A stretch of DNA of 64,000 nt from Myxococcota bacterium. Lineage in GTDB: Bacteria > Myxococcota_A > UBA796 > CAJQPC01. The DNA lies in contig JAZAMN010000024.1 in NCBI GenBank assembly GCA_036229005.1, positions 192,001 to 256,000 on the forward strand, written 5' to 3'. How positions within the stretch are numbered: the first letter of the stretch is position 1; each line of letters begins with the position of its first letter. Position numbers and translations under genes: made by a program. Positions 17,115 to 26,204 of the stretch are shown piece after piece. The notes below the pieces were generated by a model. It saw nothing but the letters and a program-made list of their open reading frames with translations, searched no databases and was not told where the DNA came from.

Positions 17115-19988
17115 TCATTCCGCGAAGAGCGCCAGCAGGTCGTCGCGGCCGATCTTCTCGACCCACTCCGCCTCGGAGCCGATGGCGGCCTCGGCCAGCG
17201 CGCGCTTCTGCGCCTGCAGGGCCACGATGCCCTCCTCGACCGAGTCCTCGCTGACCAGCTTGACGCTGAACACGGGCTTGTCCTGGCCGATTCGGTGGGC
17301 TCGGTCCGTGGCCTGGTCCTCGACCGCCGGGTTCCACCAGGGGTCGGTGTGGAACACGTAGTCCGCGGCCGTCAGGTTCAGACCCGTTCCACCGGCCTTG
17401 AGGGAGATGAGGAAGAGCGGCGGCCCATCGGGCGACTGGAAGCGGTCCACCTGGCCCTGGCGGTCGCGGGTGCTGCCGTCCAGGCGGCAGAAGTCCAGTC
17501 CTCGCTCGAGCATGGCCTGCCCGATCAGATCCAGGAAGCCGGTCCACTGCGAGAAGATGAGGGCCTTGGAGCCCTGCTCCACCACCTCGTCGACCTTCTC
17601 CAGCAGGACCTCCAGCTTGCCCGACTCGTTGGGGCGCTCGCCGGGGAGGAGCTGGGGGTGACAGGCGGCCTGGCGCATGCGCAGCAGCAGCTCCAGGACC
17701 TGCAGCGCCTGACCGGAGCCCATCATCTCGGCGACTTCCTGGCGGCCGGCGATGGCCACCATCTCGTAGACCTTGCGCTGGGCGGGGGTCATGGGGCAGG
17801 GCAGCACCAGGTCGGTGCGCGGGGGCAGGTCGGTGGCGACCTCGGACTTGTGGCGGCGCAGCACGAAGGGCCGGATGCGCTCCCGCAGGCGCTTGGCGGC
17901 GCTGCGGTCTCCCCCCTCGATGGGGCGGGCGGTGGTCCGGTCGAAGCGGCGGCGGCCGCCGAGCAGGCCGGGGTTGCAGAAGTGCATCTGCGACCACAGC
18001 TCGTCCAGGCGGTTCTCGATGGGGGTACCGGTGAGGCTCCAGCGCTGGGCGGCCTTGAGCTTGAAGGCGGCCTGGGCGGTCTGGGACTCGGGGTTCTTGA
18101 TGGCCTGGGCCTCGTCCAGGATGGCCAGGGTCCAGCGGCGCTTCTTGATCGCCGGGTCGCTGCGCATCAGGGCGTAGGAGGTGATCACCAGATCCGCCTC
18201 TTCATCCAGCTTGCGCTTGGGCCCGTGGAAGATCGAGGGCCGCAGGTGCGGGATGAAGCGCACGGCCTCCCGCGACCAGTTGTGCAGCAGCGAGGTGGGG
18301 GCGACGACCAGGATCTGGCCGCCCTTGTCCTCCAGCAGAGTGGCGGCCGCGGTCAGCGCCTGCAGGGTCTTTCCGAGGCCCATGTCGTCGGCCAGGATGC
18401 CGCCGAGTCCGGCCTGGGTGAGGAAGCCCAGCCAGCGCACGCCCAGCTCCTGGTAGGGGCGCAGGGTGGCGTTCAGGCCATCGGGCAGGCGCAGGGGCGG
18501 CAGGCCGTCGAAGTCCTCGATCAGCGGGCGCAGGCCGTCCAGCTTGGGGGGCGGCGGGGCGTCCAGGGCCTTGGCCAGGCGGGCCGCCGCGAAGGTGGCG
18601 TGGGCCGGCAGATCCATGGCGTCGCCCTTGGCCTCCACCAGGTCGGCGATCAGCTCGCCGTGGGTCTGGAGCAGGTTGACCGGGATGGGCGCGTAGCCAC
18701 CGTCGATCAGGGGGACCAGGGTGCGGCCCTCCTCCCAGGCGCGCATCAGCGTGCTCAGGTTGGCCTCGGACTGCAGGCGCTCGCCGTCAAAGCTCAGCGC
18801 CACGGGCTCCCGGCGCACCCGGAAGGCCCGGGGGTCGCCCTCGATGGTGCCGGGGAAGTCGGCCAGGCGGTCGCGGACAAAGCGGATGGCCTCGTCCTCG
18901 TTGAGCTGGATGCGGCGGGCGGTGGGCAGGCGCATCTTCTCGGCCTGGCGGAGCAGCCGGCGCTCGGCGTTGCGGTCCCGCAGGGGGACCTTGCCGTCGC
19001 TGATGATCTGCAGCTCGTCGCGCACCACGCGGGCGACCGCGGGCTCGCCGTAGACCAGATCCAGCTCCACCTGGAGCTGGCGCTCGCTGGGGACCAGGCG
19101 GAGCTGGAGCCGGGGCGGCGTGCGCTCGGCGTCCGGCAGGCGGGTGGTCTTGAGCTTGACCTCCAGGCGCTCGCGGAAGGAGGGGAGCAGCTCGGCGACC
19201 AGCTTGCCGGCCTCGTTGACCGAGAACACCCGGCCCTGGGCGAGCTGGCGGCGCTCGTGGGGCGCCAGGCCGCCGCCGCTGTAGGGGTGCAGGCCGTCCT
19301 CGCTGAGCACCACGCCGTCCTGGAACTTGCGGACGATGCGCTTGCTGCGGTGCAGGCTGAGCTTGAAGCCCTGGCCCTCGTCCCGGACGATCAGCACCGG
19401 GGTGATGGGGTCGGGGCGCGCGGGGTACTGCTTGCCGTCGAGCTCCAGGGTGCGGCCCTCGTCCGAGAAGGCCTTGAGCATGCGCATCCAGCCCACGTGG
19501 GGGAGCCGGGTGGCCCCGAGACGCAGCACCTCGTCGGCGACCTGATCCGCTGGGGTGGCGCGGAGGCCCCGGTGCTTGGAGAGTGGGCCACGGAGGGGCT
19601 TGCGCCCACCAGCCTCGTTCTTCAGGCGCTCGAGGGTGAGCCAACCCTGAGCGTCAGCGCTCAGTCGGTAGTGGATCTGGCTGTCAGCGGCGGCGCGGGG
19701 GAGCAGCCCCTTGCCGTCCTTCTGGCTCTCGCGCACCGCGAGTACACAGGCCACGACGTGGGCGCAGCCGCCGTCGAACCCGCAGTCGCAGGACCAGTCC
19801 TCGTCCTTTGGGTAGAGGTAGACCTCCAGGGGCTGGCTTCGGTTCGGGGAGTGCAGCCACAGGGAGATCTCGTCGTCGTCGTGGTCGCGGCCTTCGACCT
19901 GGCCGCCGCGGTTGAGCCGGATTCCGGCGTCCCAGACGCGCTCGGAGACCTGCCCGCGCAGGCTCTTGAAGAGGGGGGTGAGGTCCAT
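17115..19988 (-). CDS. SNF2-family helicase with N-terminal SWIM zinc finger
   Basis: CDC..GGCAHVVA (SWIM), LRPYQ, ILADDMGLGKT, LDEAQAIKN, LTGTPIEN, ISLKAGGTGLNLT, DRAHRIGQ. Confidence 0.93.
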   Translation of the reverse strand: MDLTPLFKSLRGQVSERVWDAGIRLNRGGQVEGRDHDDDEISLWLHSPNRSQPLEVYLYPKDEDWSCDCGFDGGCAHVVACVLAVRESQKDGKGLLPRAAADSQIHYRLSADAQGWLTLERLKNEAGGRKPLRGPLSKHRGLRATPADQVADEVLRLGATRLPHVGWMRMLKAFSDEGRTLELDGKQYPARPDPITPVLIVRDEGQGFKLSLHRSKRIVRKFQDGVVLSEDGLHPYSGGGLAPHERRQLAQGRVFSVNEAGKLVAELLPSFRERLEVKLKTTRLPDAERTPPRLQLRLVPSERQLQVELDLVYGEPAVARVVRDELQIISDGKVPLRDRNAERRLLRQAEKMRLPTARRIQLNEDEAIRFVRDRLADFPGTIEGDPRAFRVRREPVALSFDGERLQSEANLSTLMRAWEEGRTLVPLIDGGYAPIPVNLLQTHGELIADLVEAKGDAMDLPAHATFAAARLAKALDAPPPPKLDGLRPLIEDFDGLPPLRLPDGLNATLRPYQELGVRWLGFLTQAGLGGILADDMGLGKTLQALTAAATLLEDKGGQILVVAPTSLLHNWSREAVRFIPHLRPSIFHGPKRKLDEEADLVITSYALMRSDPAIKKRRWTLAILDEAQAIKNPESQTAQAAFKLKAAQRWSLTGTPIENRLDELWSQMHFCNPGLLGGRRRFDRTTARPIEGGDRSAAKRLRERIRPFVLRRHKSEVATDLPPRTDLVLPCPMTPAQRKVYEMVAIAGRQEVAEMMGSGQALQVLELLLRMRQAACHPQLLPGERPNESGKLEVLLEKVDEVVEQGSKALIFSQWTGFLDLIGQAMLERGLDFCRLDGSTRDRQGQVDRFQSPDGPPLFLISLKAGGTGLNLTAADYVFHTDPWWNPAVEDQATDRAHRIGQDKPVFSVKLVSEDSVEEGIVALQAQKRALAEAAIGSEAEWVEKIGRDDLLALFAE

Positions 19989-20044
19989 TGGCGGGGGGTA
20001 GCCCGAATGCGCGCCGCTGGCCCGCCCAGATTCCGGCCTCGCGG

Positions 20045-20914
20045 TCAGCGGACCTGGACCGCGTGCGGCGTTCCATTGGTCCCAAGCATGAAGTCCTCGC
20101 TGATCTCCAGATCGGGCCCCAGCTCACCTTGTCCGAACACGGTGAGCGTGCTCCCGGACCAGGTGGCCAGCTCCGCCCGGCCGTCGCCGTCCAGGTCCAC
20201 GCCGATGGCAGTCACCGCGCCTTGCACGCGCCCCTCCCACCAGGGACTGGCGGGGTCCACCAAGGCGCCATCGACCACGCGGTAGATCCGCACGTCGCTC
20301 CCGGCGAGCTGGACGATGTCGTCCCAGCCGTCGCCGTTCATGTCCGCGGCGCTGAACTCGCCCACGTCCCCCAGGGCGGTCTCCGTGGCGATCTTGTCGT
20401 CCAGGGAGAAGGTCGCGACCTTGAGGGGGTAGACGATGAACTTGCCGCCGCCGGTGTTGAACAGGCCGATGTCGTCCTTGCCGTCGCCGTCGAAGTCGCC
20501 GACCACGACGGGCCGCTTCTTGGAGACGTTGGCGTCGGGGGTGAACGCGGGCTCGCTGTCCCAGACCCCCGCGCCGTCGTTCATGTAGACGCTGGTCTTG
20601 TCGCCGCCGTCGGGCATCTGCCAGAGGTCGTCGTGGCCGTCGCCGTCAAAGTCGCCGAAGGCCGTCCACAGGCTGCCCCCGCCCAGCTCCTCCTGGGCAG
20701 GCTCCGCGTCCAGCTCCACCGCGCCGTCCCAGGTCAGGTGCGCCACGAAGCGCCTGCCGTCGTGGAACACGATGTCCTCGCCGCCCACGCGCTCCACGGA
20801 TTCGCCGGTGTCCTGGGTGTCCGCGGTGTCGTCGCCCCCGCCCGAGGTGCTGTCGTCCACCTCCCCGTCCTTGCAGGAGGTCAGCGCGGCGATCAGCAGG
20901 GCAGAGGTCAGCAT
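20045..20914 (-). CDS. FG-GAP/VCBS repeat lipoprotein
   Basis: MLTSALLIAALTSC; repeats GDFDGDGHDD, GDFDGDGKDD, ADMNGDGWDD, DLDGDGRAE; AAGGAG upstream. Confidence 0.82.
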   Translation of the reverse strand: MLTSALLIAALTSCKDGEVDDSTSGGGDDTADTQDTGESVERVGGEDIVFHDGRRFVAHLTWDGAVELDAEPAQEELGGGSLWTAFGDFDGDGHDDLWQMPDGGDKTSVYMNDGAGVWDSEPAFTPDANVSKKRPVVVGDFDGDGKDDIGLFNTGGGKFIVYPLKVATFSLDDKIATETALGDVGEFSAADMNGDGWDDIVQLAGSDVRIYRVVDGALVDPASPWWEGRVQGAVTAIGVDLDGDGRAELATWSGSTLTVFGQGELGPDLEISEDFMLGTNGTPHAVQVR

Positions 20915-20958
20915 GGGGAGGCTCCTTGGGGCATGATAGCCAGCCTTCTGGAGGCCCG

Positions 20959-21513
20959 ATGATTCCGATCGCACAAGACTGCACCCTGGAGGCCCTCGAG
21001 GCCGCCCTGGACGCCGCCTCACCCGCCGAGCGCAAGGCCTGGATGCGCGGCCTCCGCAAGCGGGACATGGCCCGGCTCTACGACCTGGCCGAGGGACGCG
21101 ATGTGGGCCCCGAGTTCTTCCTGGACCCCGACGGCGGCGAGCTCACCTGGGCGGGGCGGAACTCCCTGCCGGCCTTCTCCGACTTCGCCAAGGCCTTCGC
21201 GCGCTTCAACGGCCGCATCCAGGGCTACAACGTGAACGAGGGCGTCGCGGAGTGGTTTGGGGGACCCGGCCACTTCCTGGTTCGCGCCTGCGGGGCTGAG
21301 CACGGTCAGCAGTTGATCTTTGACTACACCTGGGAGCCCGACGCGGTCCCGGCTCACTGGCCTGGGGCAGTGTCCAATCTGAAAGGCAGCTACAAGCTGG
21401 TCTATGGAAACATGAAGGACGTGGTCCGGCGCCTCTCCAAGGACCTGATCGTGAGCGCCGCCTACCGAAAGGGCAAGCCCGAGGGGGCCTACTTCTGCCT
21501 GGTTCGCCCCTGA
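20959..21513 (+). CDS. Hypothetical protein
   Basis: GGAGG before ATG 20959; protein-like composition; fills the gap between neighbouring genes. Confidence 0.65.
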   Translation: MIPIAQDCTLEALEAALDAASPAERKAWMRGLRKRDMARLYDLAEGRDVGPEFFLDPDGGELTWAGRNSLPAFSDFAKAFARFNGRIQGYNVNEGVAEWFGGPGHFLVRACGAEHGQQLIFDYTWEPDAVPAHWPGAVSNLKGSYKLVYGNMKDVVRRLSKDLIVSAAYRKGKPEGAYFCLVRP

Positions 21514-21598
21514 CCCTGGGCGCAATGCGCTAAAGATCCCCTGAGCGCGACCGATGGCGGGTCCGCTCGACGAAAAACCGGAAAGGAGGGGGATCCCC

Positions 21599-22825
21599 AT
21601 GCGTCACACACTTCTGCTCACCACCCTGGCTCTGTCTGCGCTCACCGCCTGCAAGGACAGCGGCAACGGCGAGGACACCGCGGGCACAAGCACCGTGGGC
21701 ATCTGGACCCTGGGCAGCACGCCCTGCACCGGCAGCCGCGTGGACGCGCTCGAGTGCGACGACGCCGACACCTGCTATGTGGGCTGCGGGCAGAACGCCG
21801 AGGGCGTGGGACTCTTCCTGAGCAGCGACGCCGGCGGGAGCTGGGACGCCCCGGACGACGAGGCCGGCGGCTACTTCGCCACCATGCGCGTCAACCACCT
21901 CTCCCGCGGGGACGACGGCCTGCTCTACGTCGCCGGAGAGGGCAGCAGCAGCTACCGCGTGGTCTCCCTGGACACCGACAGCGGCGCCCTGGGCGCGGTC
22001 TACACCAACGGCAGCACGGTGGACTACTCCTTCACCGCGGGCTCCTTCGCGACCACCGGCGACACCATGGTGGCCGAGTCGCTGACCGGCACCGGCATCG
22101 TGGTCAAGCACCCCGGTGACAGCGCCTGGCTGGCCGAGTGGGAGGCCAACGACGGCTGGGCCGCTGGCTACGGCTGGTGGAACAACTCCGGCGAGTCGGG
22201 CCACGTGCAGGTGCTGGACATGGGCGTGGTCTCCGGCGAGATCGTCGGCGCCGGCTCCACCATCAACTACCCCCCCGTGGTCTACCTGCCGCCCCAGTCC
22301 TGGGACTTCGGCAGCAGCAGCGGCGGCGACTACGCCGACCAGATGTGGGAGACCGTCGTCCTGAACGAGGGCGCCTTCTCCCAGTACATCGGCGAGTGCT
22401 GGGGCATCGACGGCAACAGCGACGGCCTGGCCGTGGCCTGCGTGGACCAGGACGCCGACCGCGCCATGGTCTACACCATCGGCAGCGACTGGAAGACCAG
22501 CGCCTACGACGCCAGCAACTGGACCGAGAGCGACCTGAGCACCGTGCTCAGCGCCTCGCTGGTGCAGGACCACAGCACCTGGACCCGCCAGGTCTGCCGC
22601 GGTCCCGACAACCTGGTCGTCGCCGTGGGCGCGGACACCCAGGACGACACCGGCTGGATGGCCACCTCGACCGACGGCGGGAGCACCTGGACCGACCACA
22701 CCGACGACATCGTCGAGGCCTACGGGGACAGCTTCTCCGCCCTCTTCCAGTGCCAGGTGGTGGACGACCACATCGTCGCCGCCGGCGCCGGGGTGATGAT
22801 CCAGGTGGCGGTCGCGGACCTCTGA
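21599..22825 (+). CDS. Lipoprotein with Asp-box/BNR (beta-propeller) repeats
   Basis: MRHTLLLTTLALSALTAC; SSDAGGSW and STDGGSTW Asp-boxes; AAGGAGG upstream. Confidence 0.78.
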   Translation: MRHTLLLTTLALSALTACKDSGNGEDTAGTSTVGIWTLGSTPCTGSRVDALECDDADTCYVGCGQNAEGVGLFLSSDAGGSWDAPDDEAGGYFATMRVNHLSRGDDGLLYVAGEGSSSYRVVSLDTDSGALGAVYTNGSTVDYSFTAGSFATTGDTMVAESLTGTGIVVKHPGDSAWLAEWEANDGWAAGYGWWNNSGESGHVQVLDMGVVSGEIVGAGSTINYPPVVYLPPQSWDFGSSSGGDYADQMWETVVLNEGAFSQYIGECWGIDGNSDGLAVACVDQDADRAMVYTIGSDWKTSAYDASNWTESDLSTVLSASLVQDHSTWTRQVCRGPDNLVVAVGADTQDDTGWMATSTDGGSTWTDHTDDIVEAYGDSFSALFQCQVVDDHIVAAGAGVMIQVAVADL

Positions 22826-22876
22826 TTCCCTGGGCGGATCTGGACGCTGTGCTCTGGGCTGCGGTTCAGATGCGGC

Positions 22877-24883
22877 TCAGAGCTCCATCCACCAGAGCTG
22901 GTCGGTCCCGAAGCCGACCAGCTCCGGCTCCCCGTCCAGGTCAATGTCCGCCAGCCGGCCCGCGCTCAGCCTGTCCTCGCTGGTGCCGACCAGTAGCGTG
23001 GCGTCCGAGCGGGACAGGTCGGTGTAGGTGAGGGTGGTTGTCAGCGGAAGCGGCAGCACCCAGTTCTCTCCCTGCCCGAGCCCGGCGCCGGAGAGCGAGA
23101 GCCGGTCGTCCTGGAGCGCCAGGGGGTCGCCGCTGTTGTCGGTGGGCGCGTAGATCCGCACCAGAGAGCGGTAGTCCCAGTCCGGCGTGTTGCCCCCCAG
23201 GGCGATGACCGCCGCGTGGTCCGCCTCGCTGCGGCCGTAGACCAGGTCCGGGTAGCCGTCGCCGTCCAGGTCCCCCTTGGCCAGGGCAGGCACGGCCGCG
23301 TAGCAATGCGCGCGCGAGAAGCGGGTGATGTCGTCGTCGGCGTCGATGCTGCCGGTGAAGGGCCCCTCCAGCAGGGAGACCCGGTACCCCACGTCCGTGC
23401 AGCCGCTGTTGTACCAGGCGTACTCCTGATGAACCAGCGCCATCTCGACCTGCCCGTCCCCATCGTAGTCGGCCAGCTTCATCCCGCGGCCGTCGATCCC
23501 CACCCGGTCGCCGTCGCCGTCCACCCAGTTCAGGGTCGCCAGCTCCGTGTCCGTGAGGGGGTCGAAGAGGGTTGAGCCCCAGAGCAGCACACTGCCCTCC
23601 ACCTCCTCCAGACCCTGGTCCACGAACGCCCAGTCACTCCACCCCCCCGGCGAGGACAGGCTGCTGCTGCCGGACCCGTCGTACAGCCGCAGCCCCTCGT
23701 CTTCGTGGCCCAGCAGCCAGACCGTGCCGCTGTCGCGCTCGATGGGCAGGACCAGCGTGGCCTTCTCGGGGAAGCTCAGCGCCTCCCAGCTACCGTCCAG
23801 GGGGAGCGCCCCGCGCCAGACCACCCAGTCGTCGTCGCGCCAGGCCGCCGAGTCGCTGCCCACCCAGAGCGCGCCGATCCCCGGGGTCTCGGTGTGTGCG
23901 TCCGCGTTCTGGTGCAGCTCTGGTCCGTCCACCCAGACGTACACCGGGTAGTGCCGGCTGAGCACGGCGCCGGCCGCGTCCTTGAACACCACCTTGAAGC
24001 TGTAGGCGCCCGCCTCGCTCACGCTCAGGGTGGGGCAGGCCGCGCTGTTGCTCTCCAGGGTCAGCTCGGGGACGCCGGACTCCTGGACCCAGCGCACGCT
24101 GTCGGCGGCCTCGAAGCCCTCGAAGCCCCGGGCGCTGAGCTGGTAGCTGCCCACCTGGGCGTAGTCGTCGGGAGCGAGCACCGGCGCGCTCACCTGCACC
24201 CGGGCGATGGCCTTGTCTCCCGCGCTGTTCTCGAAGCGCACCGCGTAGATCCCCGGCAGGTCCGCGACGAAGCTGCTCCCGCTGGCTGTGCTGCCCTCGG
24301 GGGCCTCGATGAGCTTCTCGGTCTCGGCGTTCGAGGCTGAGAATGTCAGAGTGTCGCCGAGCATCGCAGGGGGCAGATCCGCCGCCTCAACCCGGGGCGT
24401 TTCGCTGTCCGTGCGGATGACGAGGAAGTCCTTCGCGCTGTCGCTGCCGCTGCTCACTGTGAGCCTCACCACCGCGGACTCGAGGCCCTCGGGCGGGGTG
24501 AAGGACGCCGTGGTCCCAGCGAGGTCAACGGTCTGCTCGCCGCTGTCTGTCTGCATCGTCACGCGCCACGCGGCGCTCAGGGTGCCTGGGCCGGTGGAGG
24601 CGCTGGCGTCCAGGGAGACCGCGCCGCCGCTCCAGAGCAGGTTCGGGCCGGCGTCTGCCTTCACCAGCTCGACGGTGGGGCAGTCCCAGTCCGGGGTGGG
24701 GGTGCCCGTGTCGCCTGGGTCTCCGGTGTCAGCCGGGTCCCCGGTGTCGTCCGCAGTGCCGCTGTCCGCCGTGTCCGAGCGCTCGCCCGAGTCCCCGCTG
24801 CCCTCTCCCGCTCGCGCATCAACGGGGACCCGGTAGGTGCGGCAGCCCAGGGTCGCGACAGACAGCAGCAGCCAGAAGCCCAC
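22877..24883 (-). CDS. Lipoprotein with a DTG-rich linker, PKD/REJ-like domains and FG-GAP repeats
   Basis: MGFWLLLSVATLGC after GGAGG; KADAGP...VSLDASAS (PKD-like); ADYDGDG, GDLDGDGYPD, ADIDLDG. Confidence 0.72.
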   Translation of the reverse strand: MGFWLLLSVATLGCRTYRVPVDARAGEGSGDSGERSDTADSGTADDTGDPADTGDPGDTGTPTPDWDCPTVELVKADAGPNLLWSGGAVSLDASASTGPGTLSAAWRVTMQTDSGEQTVDLAGTTASFTPPEGLESAVVRLTVSSGSDSAKDFLVIRTDSETPRVEAADLPPAMLGDTLTFSASNAETEKLIEAPEGSTASGSSFVADLPGIYAVRFENSAGDKAIARVQVSAPVLAPDDYAQVGSYQLSARGFEGFEAADSVRWVQESGVPELTLESNSAACPTLSVSEAGAYSFKVVFKDAAGAVLSRHYPVYVWVDGPELHQNADAHTETPGIGALWVGSDSAAWRDDDWVVWRGALPLDGSWEALSFPEKATLVLPIERDSGTVWLLGHEDEGLRLYDGSGSSSLSSPGGWSDWAFVDQGLEEVEGSVLLWGSTLFDPLTDTELATLNWVDGDGDRVGIDGRGMKLADYDGDGQVEMALVHQEYAWYNSGCTDVGYRVSLLEGPFTGSIDADDDITRFSRAHCYAAVPALAKGDLDGDGYPDLVYGRSEADHAAVIALGGNTPDWDYRSLVRIYAPTDNSGDPLALQDDRLSLSGAGLGQGENWVLPLPLTTTLTYTDLSRSDATLLVGTSEDRLSAGRLADIDLDGEPELVGFGTDQLWWMEL

Positions 24884-24903
24884 GGGCACCTCCCATGTCC
24901 AGG

Positions 24904-24948
24904 AGGATGCCGGAGATCCAGGCAACTGTCAACCTGTAGGTTACAGGT
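24904..24948 (-). promoter_or_regulatory. Putative sigma70 promoter with adjacent palindromic operator
   Basis: Minus strand TTGACA-N17-CATCCT; palindrome ACCTGTA-GGT-TACAGGT at 24932-24948 abutting the -35 box. Confidence 0.5.
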
Positions 24949-24950
24949 GC

Positions 24951-26204
24951 TCAGGCGAGCAGGGCCTCGATCGGGGCCTTGTGCTGGATGTGCGCGGGCT
25001 TCTCCACGCCAGTGAGCTCGAAGAGGGTGGCGCCCAGGTGGCCGGCGTCCTGGATGACTCCGGCGGCGTCGGGCTCCCCGGCGCTGTTCAGGGGCTCTCC
25101 TTCGAAGTCTTCGTTGAACAGCCCGACGACCTGGCCGCCCTTGATCCCGGAGCCCACCAGCAGCGCGGAGGTCCAGATCCAGTGGTCCTTTCCGCCGGCG
25201 CCGTTGAGCAGGGGGGCCCGGCCCATCTCGCTGCAGACCAGCACGGTGGTCTCGTCCAGCAGGGTCCCGCCGCCGCTGCCCGGGCGCGCGGCAAGGGAGT
25301 CCACGACGTCCTTGACGTCGCTGAACAGGTACTGCAGGTGCCGGTTGTGCTGGCCGATCGCGGAGTGGTGATCCCAGCCGGCGCGGAAGCCCGGGTGCGC
25401 GACCGTGACCACGCGGCTCAGGCCCAGCTCCAGGCAGTCCAGGGCCGGCGCCATGCGGTCGGCCACGGAGATGTTCGCGGCGTAGTCCAGGCCCAGGTCG
25501 ATCTGGTCGCCCAGGGCGTTGACCCGGTGCAGGCGCTCCAGGCCGGTGGCGTAGTCTTCCATCCAACTGTCGGACTCCAGCCCGGCGGCGCGGCCGGCCA
25601 GGTATGCGTCCACGGAGTCCACGGCGCTCTCGCTCAGGGCCTGGGTGGGCATCTCCGAGCTGTCCAGAGCTTCGCCGGAGATCAGGGCGGAGAGCTGCCC
25701 CGACTCCCCCAGGCGCATGATCTGGGGGCCGAACTCGCCGGTGAACACGGGGCCGCTGGACACCACCATGGGCAGCTCCAGCTCGGTGGAGGCCCCGGCG
25801 ATGGTCGCGAACCAGTCGGGCACGCCGGGGGTGGCGGAGTCGGTGAAGAGCTGCTTGAGCCCGCTGGGGTGGGTCAGGGCGCGCACCTGCATCCCGTTGA
25901 GGATGGCGGCGCGGTCCCCCCAGGCGTCAAAGAACGCCTTGACCGCGGGGCGCTCGGGGCTGTGGACGTAGGGGATGCCCCCGGCGCCGTACTCGGCCGA
26001 GGCGGTCTCGTCGAAGTAGAAGGTGGGGTGCCCCAGCGTGCTGGTGAAGACCCAGGTGGGGTCCCAGCCGCCGAAGCAGTAGATCACCACCAGCTTGCGC
26101 TGGGCGGGGGTCGTCGTGGCGGCGCGGACGGTGGGGATCGCGAAGGGCAGCAGGGCCCCGGAGGCCAGGGCGGCGGCGGCGAGCTGTCGTCGATTCAGGA
26201 TCAT
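24951..26204 (-). CDS. DUF1501 domain protein, Tat-exported
   Basis: LNRRQL twin-arginine-type leader; KLVVIYCFGGWD, GWDHHS, LLDETTVLVCSEMGRAP..N..GGKDHW, G.GIKGGQVVG. Confidence 0.85.
   Translation of the reverse strand: MILNRRQLAAAALASGALLPFAIPTVRAATTTPAQRKLVVIYCFGGWDPTWVFTSTLGHPTFYFDETASAEYGAGGIPYVHSPERPAVKAFFDAWGDRAAILNGMQVRALTHPSGLKQLFTDSATPGVPDWFATIAGASTELELPMVVSSGPVFTGEFGPQIMRLGESGQLSALISGEALDSSEMPTQALSESAVDSVDAYLAGRAAGLESDSWMEDYATGLERLHRVNALGDQIDLGLDYAANISVADRMAPALDCLELGLSRVVTVAHPGFRAGWDHHSAIGQHNRHLQYLFSDVKDVVDSLAARPGSGGGTLLDETTVLVCSEMGRAPLLNGAGGKDHWIWTSALLVGSGIKGGQVVGLFNEDFEGEPLNSAGEPDAAGVIQDAGHLGATLFELTGVEKPAHIQHKAPIEALLA

Noticed and set aside
16458..20285. 1275-aa plus-strand ORF, and similar long ORFs at 1728..4535, 10753..13620, 44047..47265 and 54241..56667
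   Set aside because: Antisense shadow ORFs of well-supported genes, typical of high-GC codon bias, with no recognisable motifs.
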